Assembly: GCA_048882485.1 (NCBI GenBank)
Contig: JBHLRP010000063.1
Coordinates: 1 to 17,961, forward strand
Origin: Candidatus Thorarchaeota archaeon
Lineage (GTDB): Archaea > Asgardarchaeota > Thorarchaeia > Thorarchaeales > Thorarchaeaceae
Direction: 5' to 3'
Length of the DNA: 17,961 nucleotides
The position numbers were made by a program, and so were the translations under genes. Positions 1 to 9,271 of the stretch are shown here, piece by piece. Numbering within the stretch: position 1 is the first letter of the stretch; each line of letters starts with the position of its first letter. The notes below the pieces were generated by a model, which saw nothing but the letters and a program-made list of their open reading frames with translations, ran no database searches and was not told where the DNA came from.

Positions 1-23
1 AAATGAACTATAGCGAGTCCGAT

Positions 24-137
24 TCACATCATTTCAACATGTTCAGGATGTTTGTCTCGCATATGGCGCTCCCAGTCGTCAGGACTGTAGAATACTGCCG
101 TGCAGTGTTTGCATTTGTAGTCCTTCTTGTCTTTCAT
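24..137 (-). CDS. Stand-alone C2H2 zinc-finger micro-protein (37 aa), not in ORF track
   Basis: Manual translation from ATG at 137 to TGA at 26-24: MKDKKDYKCKHCTAVFYSPDDWERHMRDKHPEHVEMM. It fits Y-x-C-x2-C-x3-F-x5-W-x2-H-x4-H. A TATA-like TTATAAAA lies about 28-35 nt upstream on the minus strand. Confidence 0.85.
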   Translation of the reverse strand: MKDKKDYKCKHCTAVFYSPDDWERHMRDKHPEHVEMM

Positions 138-164
138 GAGAATCAGTTAACTATGGTTAATGAA

Positions 165-172
165 TTTTATAA
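165..172 (-). promoter_or_regulatory. Putative TATA box for the zinc-finger micro-gene (likely leaderless transcript)
   Basis: Minus strand TTATAAAA at archaeal TATA spacing from ATG 137. Confidence 0.55.
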
Positions 173-194
173 GTCTGTCTATCATTCCATTGGC

Positions 195-1316
195 TCAGTG
201 AAACAAAGATTCCCCCATTCTATCAATTGCTTCTACGATTCTATCTTCAGGTTGAAGGACTGTCATCCTGAAGAACTTCTCATATCGCATGTTGAAGACG
301 TCCCCAGGTGCTACTACGATGTTCTTCTTTGACAGAAGGTCCATAGTGAACTCACGACCAGTCATGTCCACCTCAATTTTCGGAAACACATAGAACGTCC
401 CGTCAGGTCGGTAGAATGAAACTGGCAAGCGCTCAAGCTCTTTGCATGCAATTGAAAGACGCTCTCCAACCAACTTCGAGTAAGAGTTGGCTTCATCAAC
501 GCAATCGAGTGCGGCCATTCCAGCATATTGGATAAACTCAGGTATTGATATGACACTCTGTCTTTGTCTTTTCACCATATTTGATGCATTTGGCACATCT
601 GTCACAACATATCCAAGTCGATATCCTGTCATCCCGAACTCCTTGGAGAATGAGCCAACATAGGTCTGCTTACACTCAGGAAACTCCAGAATACTTGTGA
701 ATTCAGTGCCGTAATTGAGCGTGGAATAGACCTCATCGCTCAACACATAGATGTCATTGTCTGAGGCAACTTCAGCGATCTGTCTCATGGTATTTCGATT
801 AAGGGTCTTCCCGACTGGATTGTTCGGTGTTATCGTTATGATCATCTTTGTCTTGTTACTGATAGCCTCTACTAGTTTGTCGATATCAGGATCCCAATGT
901 GTTTCAAGGTCTGTGAAAAGGAGGACTGGATGTGCGCCAACATCACGAACTGAGAAGAGGTATGGAGGGTATACAGGCGCTATCACAATGACTTCATCAC
1001 CTGAACCTACCAAATGATCTATGCACAGATTGATCGCCTGTCGTGCACCAACCGTGATGATCACATTGTCCTCGCTCAAATCACGATTGAATCTTCCGCC
1101 AACAACTGATGCAATCTTTTCTCTGAATTCTGGAATACCCGCTGAATCGGTATACTTGGTCTTGTTGTTGTTGAGTGCCTCGATGGTGGCATCAATCACC
1201 CTCTTGGGAGGACCAAAGTCAGGGTCCCCAATTGCAAGATGGATAAGATCCTTGCCTTCCCTCTCTAGTTTCCGCGCAGTTTGGAATATCTCGAACAGCG
1301 TTCTGTCTTCTGTCAT
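195..1316 (-). CDS. Class I/II PLP-dependent aminotransferase (aspartate/aromatic aminotransferase-like)
   Basis: Motifs LAIGDPDF, KYTDSAGIPEFRE, PNNPVG, VLSDEVY, and GSFSKEFGMTGYRLGY containing the PLP lysine. Confidence 0.95.
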   Translation of the reverse strand: MTEDRTLFEIFQTARKLEREGKDLIHLAIGDPDFGPPKRVIDATIEALNNNKTKYTDSAGIPEFREKIASVVGGRFNRDLSEDNVIITVGARQAINLCIDHLVGSGDEVIVIAPVYPPYLFSVRDVGAHPVLLFTDLETHWDPDIDKLVEAISNKTKMIITITPNNPVGKTLNRNTMRQIAEVASDNDIYVLSDEVYSTLNYGTEFTSILEFPECKQTYVGSFSKEFGMTGYRLGYVVTDVPNASNMVKRQRQSVISIPEFIQYAGMAALDCVDEANSYSKLVGERLSIACKELERLPVSFYRPDGTFYVFPKIEVDMTGREFTMDLLSKKNIVVAPGDVFNMRYEKFFRMTVLQPEDRIVEAIDRMGESLFH

Positions 1317-1525
1317 TTCGGCACATCCTTCGCACTTGAGAACATAGCCCCAAGATATTCACATTTGAAGTGCTGTAAAGCTGGATTGTCTCTGCAAATA
1401 TGTTTCCATCCAAATAGGAATCATTGCTTCCGAAGAGAGAATAGGAGAGCCTCACCATGCCCGCCAGCTATCACATCAAGTCTATATACAAGCCATGCTG
1501 TCATTCCGACGTGTGAGTTGATTCA

Positions 1526-2653
1526 ATGATAGACCAGGAAACCTGGGAGCGTACTGTGCTTCAGAAACTTGAATTGCCAAATGGAGTTCTGGCGTCCAGC
1601 CGAATTATGCGGGCTGCAACTTGGATGGGACAGGCAGAAAGAGATGGAGAATGCGGTGACACAATCCTTGAAACGTACGGAAAGATTAGGGCAGGTATCA
1701 TCGTAACTGGGTTTCAATATGTCATGAATGAAGGACAGTCTATTCGGCGTATGATTTCGAATAGCAAGCCCGAAGATGTTGAAGGTCTAAAGCGCCTGGC
1801 CGCGGTGATTCACTCTACAGGGGCTCTAGCAGCAGCTCAATTGGTCCATTGTGGAAGCAGAAGCTGGCCCAAACTGACTGGTAATGATGTGGTATTTGGG
1901 CCCAGCGATATGGAGGTCCCTCAGCAGAAGGGAGAGGCTGTTCAGGTAAAGGCGATGACAGTAGACCACGTTGAAGGAACCACTCAGGCCTATGCAGATG
2001 CGGCGGCGCGTGCAGTTGATGCAGGATTTGATCTTATTGAACTCCACGGAGCCCATCATTATGGACTATGGCAATTCTTTGACCCAACATACAATAAACG
2101 TCCTGTGAATGACCCATATACAGGATCGACAATTGAAGGACGTTCAAAAGCAATGGTCGATGCTGTACACGCTGTCAGAGAGATGGTGGATGTTCCAATC
2201 CAAGTCAAGGTGGATTCAAGCTCAGAGTCCGTCAAACCAGGAGAAGTAGGTGAGCTAACAAAGAAGCTCGCTGAGGCAGGGGCATATTGTGTGATATTCA
2301 GCGGCCCCAATTCAATGCAAGACCCAAAGGATTCAGGAGAGGCGTATTTCTTGGATAATGCAATGGAGATCCGTTCGATTGCAAAAGGTAGTGGTCTTCT
2401 ATTCGGACTGGTAGGTGGGATAAGGTCTCCAGAAACCGTCGTTAGATTACTGTCAGGAAATGGAAAGCCCTTAGATGCTTTTGATGTGATTCAGCTTAGT
2501 CGCCCGTTGATTAGTGAACCAGCGCTATTGGAACGTTGGACTGAAGAAGCAAAGAGTGGAAAACAGGAGCCGGCTCGGTGTATATCCTGCAACAGTTGTT
2601 TCCGAGCAGGATTCAGGGACAAGGTGAGGTGTGTTGAATTCGAAGATCAATAG
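1526..2653 (+). CDS. NADH:flavin oxidoreductase, Old Yellow Enzyme-like TIM barrel with C-terminal Fe-S motif
   Basis: AQLVHCG, AARAVDAGFDLIELHGAHHY (HxxHxY), VGGIRS, LSRPLISEP, and C-terminal CISCNSC...C. Confidence 0.9.
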   Translation: MIDQETWERTVLQKLELPNGVLASSRIMRAATWMGQAERDGECGDTILETYGKIRAGIIVTGFQYVMNEGQSIRRMISNSKPEDVEGLKRLAAVIHSTGALAAAQLVHCGSRSWPKLTGNDVVFGPSDMEVPQQKGEAVQVKAMTVDHVEGTTQAYADAAARAVDAGFDLIELHGAHHYGLWQFFDPTYNKRPVNDPYTGSTIEGRSKAMVDAVHAVREMVDVPIQVKVDSSSESVKPGEVGELTKKLAEAGAYCVIFSGPNSMQDPKDSGEAYFLDNAMEIRSIAKGSGLLFGLVGGIRSPETVVRLLSGNGKPLDAFDVIQLSRPLISEPALLERWTEEAKSGKQEPARCISCNSCFRAGFRDKVRCVEFEDQ

Positions 2654-2800
2654 CGTCGAACGATGACAACTCCTTGCCGTCTTATGCCGTGGCAGAGGAC
2701 AGGCATCTATGATTGGACCCATTATCCGGATATCGACATTTACTAACGCTTAATACCAATGGGTCTGCATAATCTCTGCAATGATTAAGGAGGACCAAAA

Positions 2801-2962
2801 ATGGAAAAAGGTCATGACCAACACATGTGTGTATTCTCTCGACATAACGATGTTGCGCAAATCATAGAACGCGTCAAGGGTGCGAAGTTCATGTGTCAGA
2901 ACTGTGGCAGAGTTGCTAACAAGAAAGAGTATCTCTGCAAACCCATAGCAGTCGAAATATAG
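2801..2962 (+). CDS. Small Cys-rich putative metal-binding protein (53 aa), not in ORF track
   Basis: AAGGAGG RBS at 2787-2793, ATG 2801, TAG 2960-2962. Translation MEKGHDQHMCVFSRHNDVAQIIERVKGAKFMCQNCGRVANKKEYLCKPIAVEI (HxC...FxCxxCGRxA...LCxP). Confidence 0.85.
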   Translation: MEKGHDQHMCVFSRHNDVAQIIERVKGAKFMCQNCGRVANKKEYLCKPIAVEI

Positions 2963-3043
2963 ATGCTACAGCAATTTCTATACACGTGCAGCTGCGTTAC
3001 TCAAGAGTCGTTGCCATGATTCAAAGCAATTTGAAAGGAGAAT

Positions 3044-3076
3044 GAGGTGCCCCGACGTCTTCTGTCGGGGTATCTC
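3044..3076. terminator. GC-rich hairpin between convergent genes, possible terminator or 3' stability element
   Basis: GAGGTGCCCCGAC-(GTCTTCT)-GTCGGGGTATCTC, a 13-bp stem with two G-U pairs on the + strand; no strong U-tract. Confidence 0.4.
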
Positions 3077-3179
3077 TCCACATTTTGCCATAGTCATTGC
3101 CAGTGATAAACAATCTGCGCCAGAATGACCTTGCTATTTGTCTTCTAGCATCGTCTGGCATGTACCTAGGAGAAACGAG

Positions 3180-3368
3180 CTAGGTGATGTTCCGCTTCTG
3201 TTCCGCATCCTGCTCTTCACAATCGTCTGGTGATCTTTCTGTTTTGTCAACGATTCCTAGCATCTTGCGCCATGCCTTCTTGCCAGCCTCATCAAGGTCT
3301 TCTGTGACTGCCTGCATAATGGCTACCACTTTGAAAGCGGTTTCCTGCTCCTTCTCTTCTTTGCTCAA
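3180..3368 (-). CDS. Small hypothetical protein (62 aa)
   Basis: Starts 15 nt after the DUF1801 stop on the same strand; charged, helical composition; TTG start; no recognisable family. Confidence 0.45.
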   Translation of the reverse strand: MSKEEKEQETAFKVVAIMQAVTEDLDEAGKKAWRKMLGIVDKTERSPDDCEEQDAEQKRNIT

Positions 3369-3382
3369 CGATATCAGTTAGA

Positions 3383-3790
3383 TTATCTGTCAATCCGTTT
3401 AAGGGATTTCTTGATTATCTTCTTGAGCACGCTTTTGTCCACATCTGCGAGTTTGTTGATGTAAAGGCATGATTTTCCGATTTTGTGCTTGCCCAGCATG
3501 TCGAGTAAATCCTTGTACTCTTCGAAACCAGACATGATATAGACTGTAAGACTCTTTTTTCTGGGAGAGAATCCTGTCAGGGGCATATCGCCCTCACGAC
3601 CGCTTTCGTATTTGTAATGATGTGACCCAAACCCAATGATGGACGGCCCCCACATTATGGGCTCTTCATTTGCTATTTTCTTCAACATCTCTAGAAGCTC
3701 AAAGCCGTCTTCTCTTCTCTGAGGATGCTCAACAGCTTTCAAGAAGTCTTCAACGCTTGCATCCGTGGGTCTTGTCTTGGCTTCACTCAT
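3383..3790 (-). CDS. DUF1801 (YdhG-like) domain protein
   Basis: KTRPTDASVEDFL, MWGPSIIGFGSHHYKYESGREGD, GFSPRK, LGKHKIGKSCLYINKLADVD are family hallmarks. Confidence 0.92.
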   Translation of the reverse strand: MSEAKTRPTDASVEDFLKAVEHPQRREDGFELLEMLKKIANEEPIMWGPSIIGFGSHHYKYESGREGDMPLTGFSPRKKSLTVYIMSGFEEYKDLLDMLGKHKIGKSCLYINKLADVDKSVLKKIIKKSLKRIDR

Positions 3791-3858
3791 AATTATAGTT
3801 AAGTTGTAGAGTAATAAAATGGTTTCTCTTGCTGCGAAAGGGGTTACTAGCGATTCAA

Positions 3859-4392
3859 TTATCTCTGAAGTGCTGCGGCTACAGGCAAATCAATCTGCAG
3901 AACTGAACCCTCATAGTGCTGAATCCGAGCGCCTGCGCGTTCGGCAATTGTGATAATCGCGACGTTGTTTGATAGGACGTGCGCCCTCAGGTGCTTAATC
4001 CCGTTTTCGTCTGCAAGCTCTGCAAGTGCCTGCAATAGCTGAGTTCCAAGTCCTCTGTTCTGGAATTCATCAATGACCGTCACTGCCGCTTCTGCAACAT
4101 CCGGCTCGCCCTCACATCGGACATACCTAGCGATGCCAATTCCGACCATGGGGTCTTGACTGGTGTCGAATGCACAGATGGCCAGATGATGATCCTGGTC
4201 TATCTTCTTGAGTTCCTTGAGTTGAGCATCAGGTAGCTTGCACAAGCTGGTCATAAATCTGAGGTAGAATGAACTATCTGAGATCTTCTTCAGTCCTTCA
4301 CGTACTTCATCAATGTCGTCAGGCTCGTACATCCTAATGAGTACGGGTGTTCCATCCTTTAGTTGCGATTCACGACGAAATTCGATTTTCAA
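3859..4392 (-). CDS. GNAT N-acetyltransferase (stand-alone, resembling the GNAT domain of acyl-CoA synthetase/Pat)
   Basis: LKDGTPVLIR, SFYLRF, GIARYVR, AEAAVTVIDEFQNRGLGTQLL (acetyl-CoA motif A), VLSNN. Confidence 0.9.
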   Translation of the reverse strand: MKIEFRRESQLKDGTPVLIRMYEPDDIDEVREGLKKISDSSFYLRFMTSLCKLPDAQLKELKKIDQDHHLAICAFDTSQDPMVGIGIARYVRCEGEPDVAEAAVTVIDEFQNRGLGTQLLQALAELADENGIKHLRAHVLSNNVAIITIAERAGARIQHYEGSVLQIDLPVAAALQR

Positions 4393-4449
4393 TACTTGCT
4401 CGGTCTAGAATACTCACCACCTCGCTATATATCATATCGACCGACATCG

Positions 4450-5538
4450 CTAGCTAGAATTTTGAAAATCCACGCCAAGTCCAGGGCGAACGGGACGGAG
4501 GATTGTTCCTTGGTCTTCTACTAGTCCCTGTATAGGATCATCCGCCAGCTCCTGTGTGCCTATTTCATGGGGATGGTTGAAGTTAGAACCTGAGAGGACA
4601 AGATGGACTGCAGCAGACACTCCAATCTGAGTCTCCCATGGACTGATCACAACGCATTCAATCCCATGCTCCTCAGCTAGTGATGCGATTTGATTTGCCC
4701 TGTAAATCCCGCCGTGTTTTATAAGTTTGAGACCGAAGAAGTCCACCGATTCGTGTCCAATAAGTGATTCTGCGTCTTTGATTGTGTATAGCGATTCATC
4801 CGCCATGATGGGTGTGCCACTTTCTTGTCGAATTTGGCTAAGACCATCATAGTCGTCTGCAGCTACGGGCTGTTCGAGGTATTCTAAGTCGATGTTCTCA
4901 GTTCTACGTAGTACCTTTAACGCTGTTTCAACTGAATATCCTGTGTTGGCGTCTGCACGAATTCCAACGGAATCTCCTACAACATCTCTCACTAGCTTCA
5001 GGGTTTCAATGTCTTGGGCTGGCTCGATTCCAACTTTGATCTTGATAGCCTTGGCCCCCTGCTCCACTTCCTGCAAAGCCATTTTCGCAATCTCAGCAGG
5101 ATTTCCAATCCCTAGCACCTTTGCCAAATCCACATGGTCACGGGAAAGACCGCCGAGAATCTGATAGATGGGAACGCCCCTTAGCTTTCCTGCGAGATCA
5201 TGAAGAGCAATGTCAACTCCGGCTCGCGCTGTGCCTCCCGCCAGAGGATATTCATCCAGATTCTCATTGAGAAGGTCAAAATCAAACGGATTCTTCCCAA
5301 TCATGCTAGGCCCTAAGTACTGATCGATGACGCGTTTGATATGATTGAAGTCATCGTCAGCCGTAAAGGGGAGGGGACAGGCCTCACCAATGCCTGTAAT
5401 TCCATTGTCAGCAGTGATCCAAACCATTACGTGATGGCGAGTGGTGGGTTCGCTTCCATAGGTGGTAACGAATTCACCAGCGAGATGCGTCCGTACTAAT
5501 CGCGTTCTAAATGATGCAATGGATACCATCTTCATCAC
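4450..5538 (-). CDS. Enolase-superfamily enzyme, muconate-lactonising/dipeptide (L-Ala-D/L-Glu) epimerase-like
   Basis: GIGEA, KIKVG (KxK), RADAN, LEQP, IMADES metal ligands, LKLIKHGG, RPGLGV. Confidence 0.9.
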   Translation of the reverse strand: MMKMVSIASFRTRLVRTHLAGEFVTTYGSEPTTRHHVMVWITADNGITGIGEACPLPFTADDDFNHIKRVIDQYLGPSMIGKNPFDFDLLNENLDEYPLAGGTARAGVDIALHDLAGKLRGVPIYQILGGLSRDHVDLAKVLGIGNPAEIAKMALQEVEQGAKAIKIKVGIEPAQDIETLKLVRDVVGDSVGIRADANTGYSVETALKVLRRTENIDLEYLEQPVAADDYDGLSQIRQESGTPIMADESLYTIKDAESLIGHESVDFFGLKLIKHGGIYRANQIASLAEEHGIECVVISPWETQIGVSAAVHLVLSGSNFNHPHEIGTQELADDPIQGLVEDQGTILRPVRPGLGVDFQNSS

Positions 5539-5716
5539 AAGAGTTCTTTTTTCATCGGGTCTGGCAACACGAGTAGATTAATCTGCTTGGACAAGTCCTC
5601 GCTATGTAACACATCATCCTAAGTAGGACTTTATACGCATCCTCCAATAGAGTCCTTTGGTAATTGAACACAGTAGATTGATAACCATCCTGCTGATGTA
5701 CCTAAGGTGATGCCAC

Positions 5717-5920
5717 ATGCAATTCGCACAACCTGAGTATATGGACACATTCTTCCAGTACATATTCGGCTTCTTTGACCAGCTATTCGCGACACCCCTG
5801 CAGCCTTATATTCAATGGGGACCAGGAGACTGGTTCTTCGTAATCTATACCCTATTTTGGATAGTTGTGGTGGCAGTAGTCCGGAGACGCGGCGGTCATA
5901 GAAGCACGTATCAAGTCTAG
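5717..5920 (+). CDS. Small single-pass membrane protein (67 aa)
   Basis: AGGTGA RBS upstream; hydrophobic stretch WFFVIYTLFWIVVVAVV followed by RRR. Confidence 0.65.
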   Translation: MQFAQPEYMDTFFQYIFGFFDQLFATPLQPYIQWGPGDWFFVIYTLFWIVVVAVVRRRGGHRSTYQV

Positions 5921-6064
5921 CAAGATTGTTTTAATCGAGGGCGGAGGGCCGGCTAGCAGGCTCTCATCGTACGACAAATCGTGATTGGAAACTAGGTTAA
6001 AGCATCGCATTTTTCTGCTAATACGAGGGATTTGGATAGTATAAGAAGCAGGTTGGCAATTCAC

Positions 6065-6643
6065 ATGCACAAACTCCTCCTAGAAATCCCAACTCTCCTA
6101 GAATCCGAAACCTTGATTGTCAGGAAATTTGAAAGAAGCGACGGAAAAGCCCTCCTAGCCTTGTTGGAACGCAACAGCAACAGAGAGTTTCTCAGAGAGG
6201 CTGCTAACGAAGTAGATGACATCAAGACACTAGATGATGCAGAAATCGATGTCAGAGAACATGCAGCTGAATGGGAATCCCGAAAGAGGTTTGTAATGGG
6301 AATTTGGCTAAAGGCTACAGGTGAATATGTAGGACAGATTTGGATTGAACCAAAGAACTGGGAAGTACCATCATTCGAACTCGGCTACTACATTGATCAG
6401 GGCTATGCCCGCAAAGGGATAGCAACTGAAGCAGCCAGACGGGCATTGAGATTCCTATTCCAAGACTTGAAGGCTCACAAAGTGATAATCATAACTCGCG
6501 ATACAAATGAGAGGAGTTGGAAACTGGCAGAAAGATTGGGATTCAAGAGGGAGGGACATCATCGAGAGTGCAATATAGGGGATGGAAAGCGTTGGGGTCT
6601 TTTCTACTATGGAATGTTGAAATCTGAGTTCAAGAGTGCTTAA
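6065..6643 (+). CDS. RimJ/RimL-type GNAT N-acetyltransferase
   Basis: FELGYYIDQGYARKGIATEAA, TNERSWKLAERLGFKREG. ATG 6065 (MHKLLLEIP) preferred over TTG 6032. Confidence 0.92.
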   Translation: MHKLLLEIPTLLESETLIVRKFERSDGKALLALLERNSNREFLREAANEVDDIKTLDDAEIDVREHAAEWESRKRFVMGIWLKATGEYVGQIWIEPKNWEVPSFELGYYIDQGYARKGIATEAARRALRFLFQDLKAHKVIIITRDTNERSWKLAERLGFKREGHHRECNIGDGKRWGLFYYGMLKSEFKSA

Positions 6644-6668
6644 GTGATAGGCTGGAGAGGGCTGATAT

Positions 6669-7304
6669 ATGGACGATGAAATTCGTGAAGAACTCACTCG
6701 CCTTGTAATGGAGATGGGGCAAGACCTTGAGAATCCAGAGAGCTGGATGAAGCTCGGCTGGAAACTATATGACGAGTCACGCCTCGAAGATGCAACGCAA
6801 GCCTATGAAGTAGCCTTAGAACTCAATCCGTCCTATGCAGATGCATGGCGCGAGTTAGGAGCCACGCTATTCATCCTGGGTCACAATGAGGAGGCCGAGT
6901 CTGCGATGACTACTGGACTGAAACTCGACTCAAATGATGCAGACGCATGGTACAATCTAGGATGCCTCTATAATGCAAATGAGCGAAAAGAAAAAGCGGA
7001 GAAGGCTTTTAGGACTGCACTCGAGTATCAACCAGAGGGCTCGGACATATGGTGCAATCTGGGTATCTTATTGGCGTCAATTGGCCGTACTGATGAAGCC
7101 GAAACAGCTCTCAAGAAGGCTGTCGAGATTAGACCTGAGCATTTAGTGGCTTGGCTCAATCTTGTCAAACTACTCTATGCTGAAGATCGAGAGGAGGAAG
7201 CCGAGAATGCATATGACGCAGCGGTTTCTCATGTCCCTGGATTTGAGAACTTCGTGGAGTCGTTGCAGGATTTTGTAGACGATAAGCTCGACGAGGCGAG
7301 TTGA
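6669..7304 (+). CDS. Tetratricopeptide-repeat protein
   Basis: About five 34-aa repeats (SWMKLG, AWRELG, AWYNLG, IWCNLG, AWLNLV) with A...A...AL.L.P pattern. Confidence 0.92.
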   Translation: MDDEIREELTRLVMEMGQDLENPESWMKLGWKLYDESRLEDATQAYEVALELNPSYADAWRELGATLFILGHNEEAESAMTTGLKLDSNDADAWYNLGCLYNANERKEKAEKAFRTALEYQPEGSDIWCNLGILLASIGRTDEAETALKKAVEIRPEHLVAWLNLVKLLYAEDREEEAENAYDAAVSHVPGFENFVESLQDFVDDKLDEAS

Positions 7305-7876
7305 GATTGAGCTTCGAGAACTCCTTTGAAACGCCAGTACAGAAGATAGAACTTAAGCAACTCCCTCGAGAAGGACTGATAATTGACATTGGTGGCGGTG
7401 GAGAGGGCTTGGTTTCCCGAATTGAAACCTCTAGGGTCTGCGCGGTGGACATCAATTTGAATAAAATTAGAGAGGCCATGATCTATGGTCAGGTTTCACA
7501 GTGGATACTCTCTGACGCAAGGATGCTGCCAGTACAGGATGAGGGGTTCAACGTGGCTACTCTTTGGTTCTCTCTCGGATATATTCAAGATTGGGATTCA
7601 AAGAAACAAGTATTAGCTGAAGTAGCCAGAGTGATGAAACAATCTGGGCATATCTCAATCATTGGTGCGAGAATCACATGTTCTGACTCAAGATTCGTCA
7701 TAAGAGCACTTTTTCATTTTCCCGATGGGTCGATTTCCAAGATGAGCTATGGTATGGTTGGCACGCAGAGGCAGGATGCAGAAGTTGTTGTCAATTTGAT
7801 TCAAGAAACGGGCTTCAGCAATATCACATGCGAAGACAATGGACATTGGTTTCGTGTTGATGCACAGAAACAATAG
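7301..7876 (+). CDS. Class I SAM-dependent methyltransferase
   Basis: IIDIGGGGEG motif I, AVDIN, SDARMLP, EVARVMKQSG; 4-nt overlap with TPR stop suggests translational coupling. Confidence 0.88.
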   Translation: MRLSFENSFETPVQKIELKQLPREGLIIDIGGGGEGLVSRIETSRVCAVDINLNKIREAMIYGQVSQWILSDARMLPVQDEGFNVATLWFSLGYIQDWDSKKQVLAEVARVMKQSGHISIIGARITCSDSRFVIRALFHFPDGSISKMSYGMVGTQRQDAEVVVNLIQETGFSNITCEDNGHWFRVDAQKQ

Positions 7877-7955
7877 CTGGAGCTGACTGCGTTCCAAAAG
7901 CTTAAAGTGGAAACCGTTTTTCTGAGCGGTCAACTCAGAAGCCAGGTGGAGAAGA

Positions 7956-8474
7956 ATGAGCCTAGCAGTATGGTGGAGAAGAGGCAGCAAACCAGGACTT
8001 ATCTTGATTTTTCTTGGAATTGCTGGACTAGTTCAAATTCCAATTCTGTGGCATGCACAGACTTACATCATTGTGCTAAGTGCTGAACTCCAGCTTCTTG
8101 TTGCTATCGGGGCCATGGCGGTACTGGGTGGTGCATTCATCCTCATGGCAGAGGCAATGTATAGATGGGCTCATATTGTTTCAAGGAAGAAGAAGCGTCG
8201 CCGTCAGAGAGAGAAGAATGACATCATAACACGACTATCTAGATTCGCCAGATCTTCGACGGATATGCCGGCATTTGTTGGAGTTGCGCTATTGACCTGC
8301 ATGTTCTTCATGTTCTACTTCATCCCATTCGCAATCGCTGACGGAACCAATCTCCCCTCGTTCTTAGCGACCATCGCGTTCTTCGACTCACTCTATATTT
8401 ACCCATTAGCAGTAAATGCGGCTGCGGTTCTGGCGGCGCTCGTTGCCAGCTACCTGAACCACAAAATAAAGTAG
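7956..8474 (+). CDS. Hypothetical membrane protein (about 4 TM) with highly basic loop
   Basis: Four hydrophobic segments, with SRKKKRRRQRE between TM2 and TM3. Confidence 0.8.
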   Translation: MSLAVWWRRGSKPGLILIFLGIAGLVQIPILWHAQTYIIVLSAELQLLVAIGAMAVLGGAFILMAEAMYRWAHIVSRKKKRRRQREKNDIITRLSRFARSSTDMPAFVGVALLTCMFFMFYFIPFAIADGTNLPSFLATIAFFDSLYIYPLAVNAAAVLAALVASYLNHKIK

Positions 8475-8547
8475 ATTCAATATTCCGGTCAATCTAGACC
8501 TGAATTCTTAAGTTTCGTCAGCATTAGATGTAGCTAGGTGAAGCGCC

Positions 8548-9015
8548 ATGGTTGATGTCGGAGACACAGCACCGGATTTCACATTACTAGAGGCACCTGG
8601 AAGGAGTGTCACATTGAGTGAAGAGTTGAAGAAAGGCCCATTGGTCTTGCTATTCTATCCAGGTGATTTCACATCAGTTTGCACAGAGGAAATGTGTTTC
8701 TTCAGAGACACACTTGCAGACTACAACGACTTAGGTGCGAATGTTCTTGGAATATCTGTTGATGGTATTTTCAGTCATGCAGCATTCAAGGAAAAGAACG
8801 CAATACAGTTCTCATTGCTTTCAGATTGGGAGAAGACAGTAATCCATGCCTACGATGTGGTCCATCCGGACCTTGCAGGTATGAAAGAAGTTGCCAAGAG
8901 AGCTGTGTTTGTGGTCGGTGTGGATGGTAAAGTCAGCTATAAGTGGGTAGGAGCGAGTCTCGGCGATCTTCCGCCCTTTGATGAGGTGAGAGCAGCAGTT
9001 AAGGACCTAACTTAA
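8548..9015 (+). CDS. Peroxiredoxin (BCP/PrxQ/AhpE-like)
   Basis: VGDTAPDFTL, FYPGDFTSVCTEEMC (PxxxTxxC with CxxxxC), LGISVD, LLSD, KRAVFVV; AGGTGA RBS. Confidence 0.93.
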   Translation: MVDVGDTAPDFTLLEAPGRSVTLSEELKKGPLVLLFYPGDFTSVCTEEMCFFRDTLADYNDLGANVLGISVDGIFSHAAFKEKNAIQFSLLSDWEKTVIHAYDVVHPDLAGMKEVAKRAVFVVGVDGKVSYKWVGASLGDLPPFDEVRAAVKDLT

Positions 9016-9195
9016 TCCAAATCGTAAATACAGACCAACAAGTAGCAGGACCACAAAGATGGTCAGTTCGACTAGAACTCTCTGATGAGTCACAGATATC
9101 TGCAAGGTTTCAAGGTTCACAAGCGTGTAAAACAAGAAAGCATGTGCAACGAACGATACCACTATCATGACGTTACTTATTGTGATTGGGTCCAT
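9007..9195 (-). CDS. Small two-TM membrane protein (about 62 aa)
   Basis: ATG 9195 (MDPITISNV...) preceded by G-rich GGGATAGGG; two hydrophobic helices; stop overlaps peroxiredoxin 3' end. Confidence 0.55.
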   Translation of the reverse strand: MDPITISNVMIVVSFVAHAFLFYTLVNLETLQISVTHQRVLVELTIFVVLLLVGLYLRFGLS

Positions 9196-9271
9196 CCCTA
9201 TCCCTTGTAGACTGCTCAAGATGAATAACTATTAATCAGTAATGGCAGAGGAAATGTCTGACGTCGCTAGC

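Noticed and set aside
3-332. 109-aa + strand ORF, plus the many other short antisense ORFs in the track (e.g. 751-1017, 1021-1347, 4892-5164, 12203-12583, 13988-14356)
   Set aside because: They are shadows of well-supported genes on the opposite strand; 3-332 overlaps both the zinc finger and the aminotransferase
3041-3080. ATGA-preceded hairpin as a possible eukaryote-like SECIS element
   Set aside because: No GA on the 3' side to form the tandem G-A quartet, no apical AA, and I noticed no in-frame TGA at a Cys position in nearby genes
5927-5963. TGTTTTAATCGA...GGGCCGGCTAGC resembles the tRNA-Val promoter and 5' end, suggesting a split-tRNA 5' piece
   Set aside because: Matches are short and gapped with wrong spacing; no D arm and no complementary trans-splicing leader
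8181-8213. SRKKKRRRQRE resembles an NLS or Tat-like basic peptide
   Set aside because: Adequately explained as a positive-inside cytoplasmic loop between TM helices; low-complexity match
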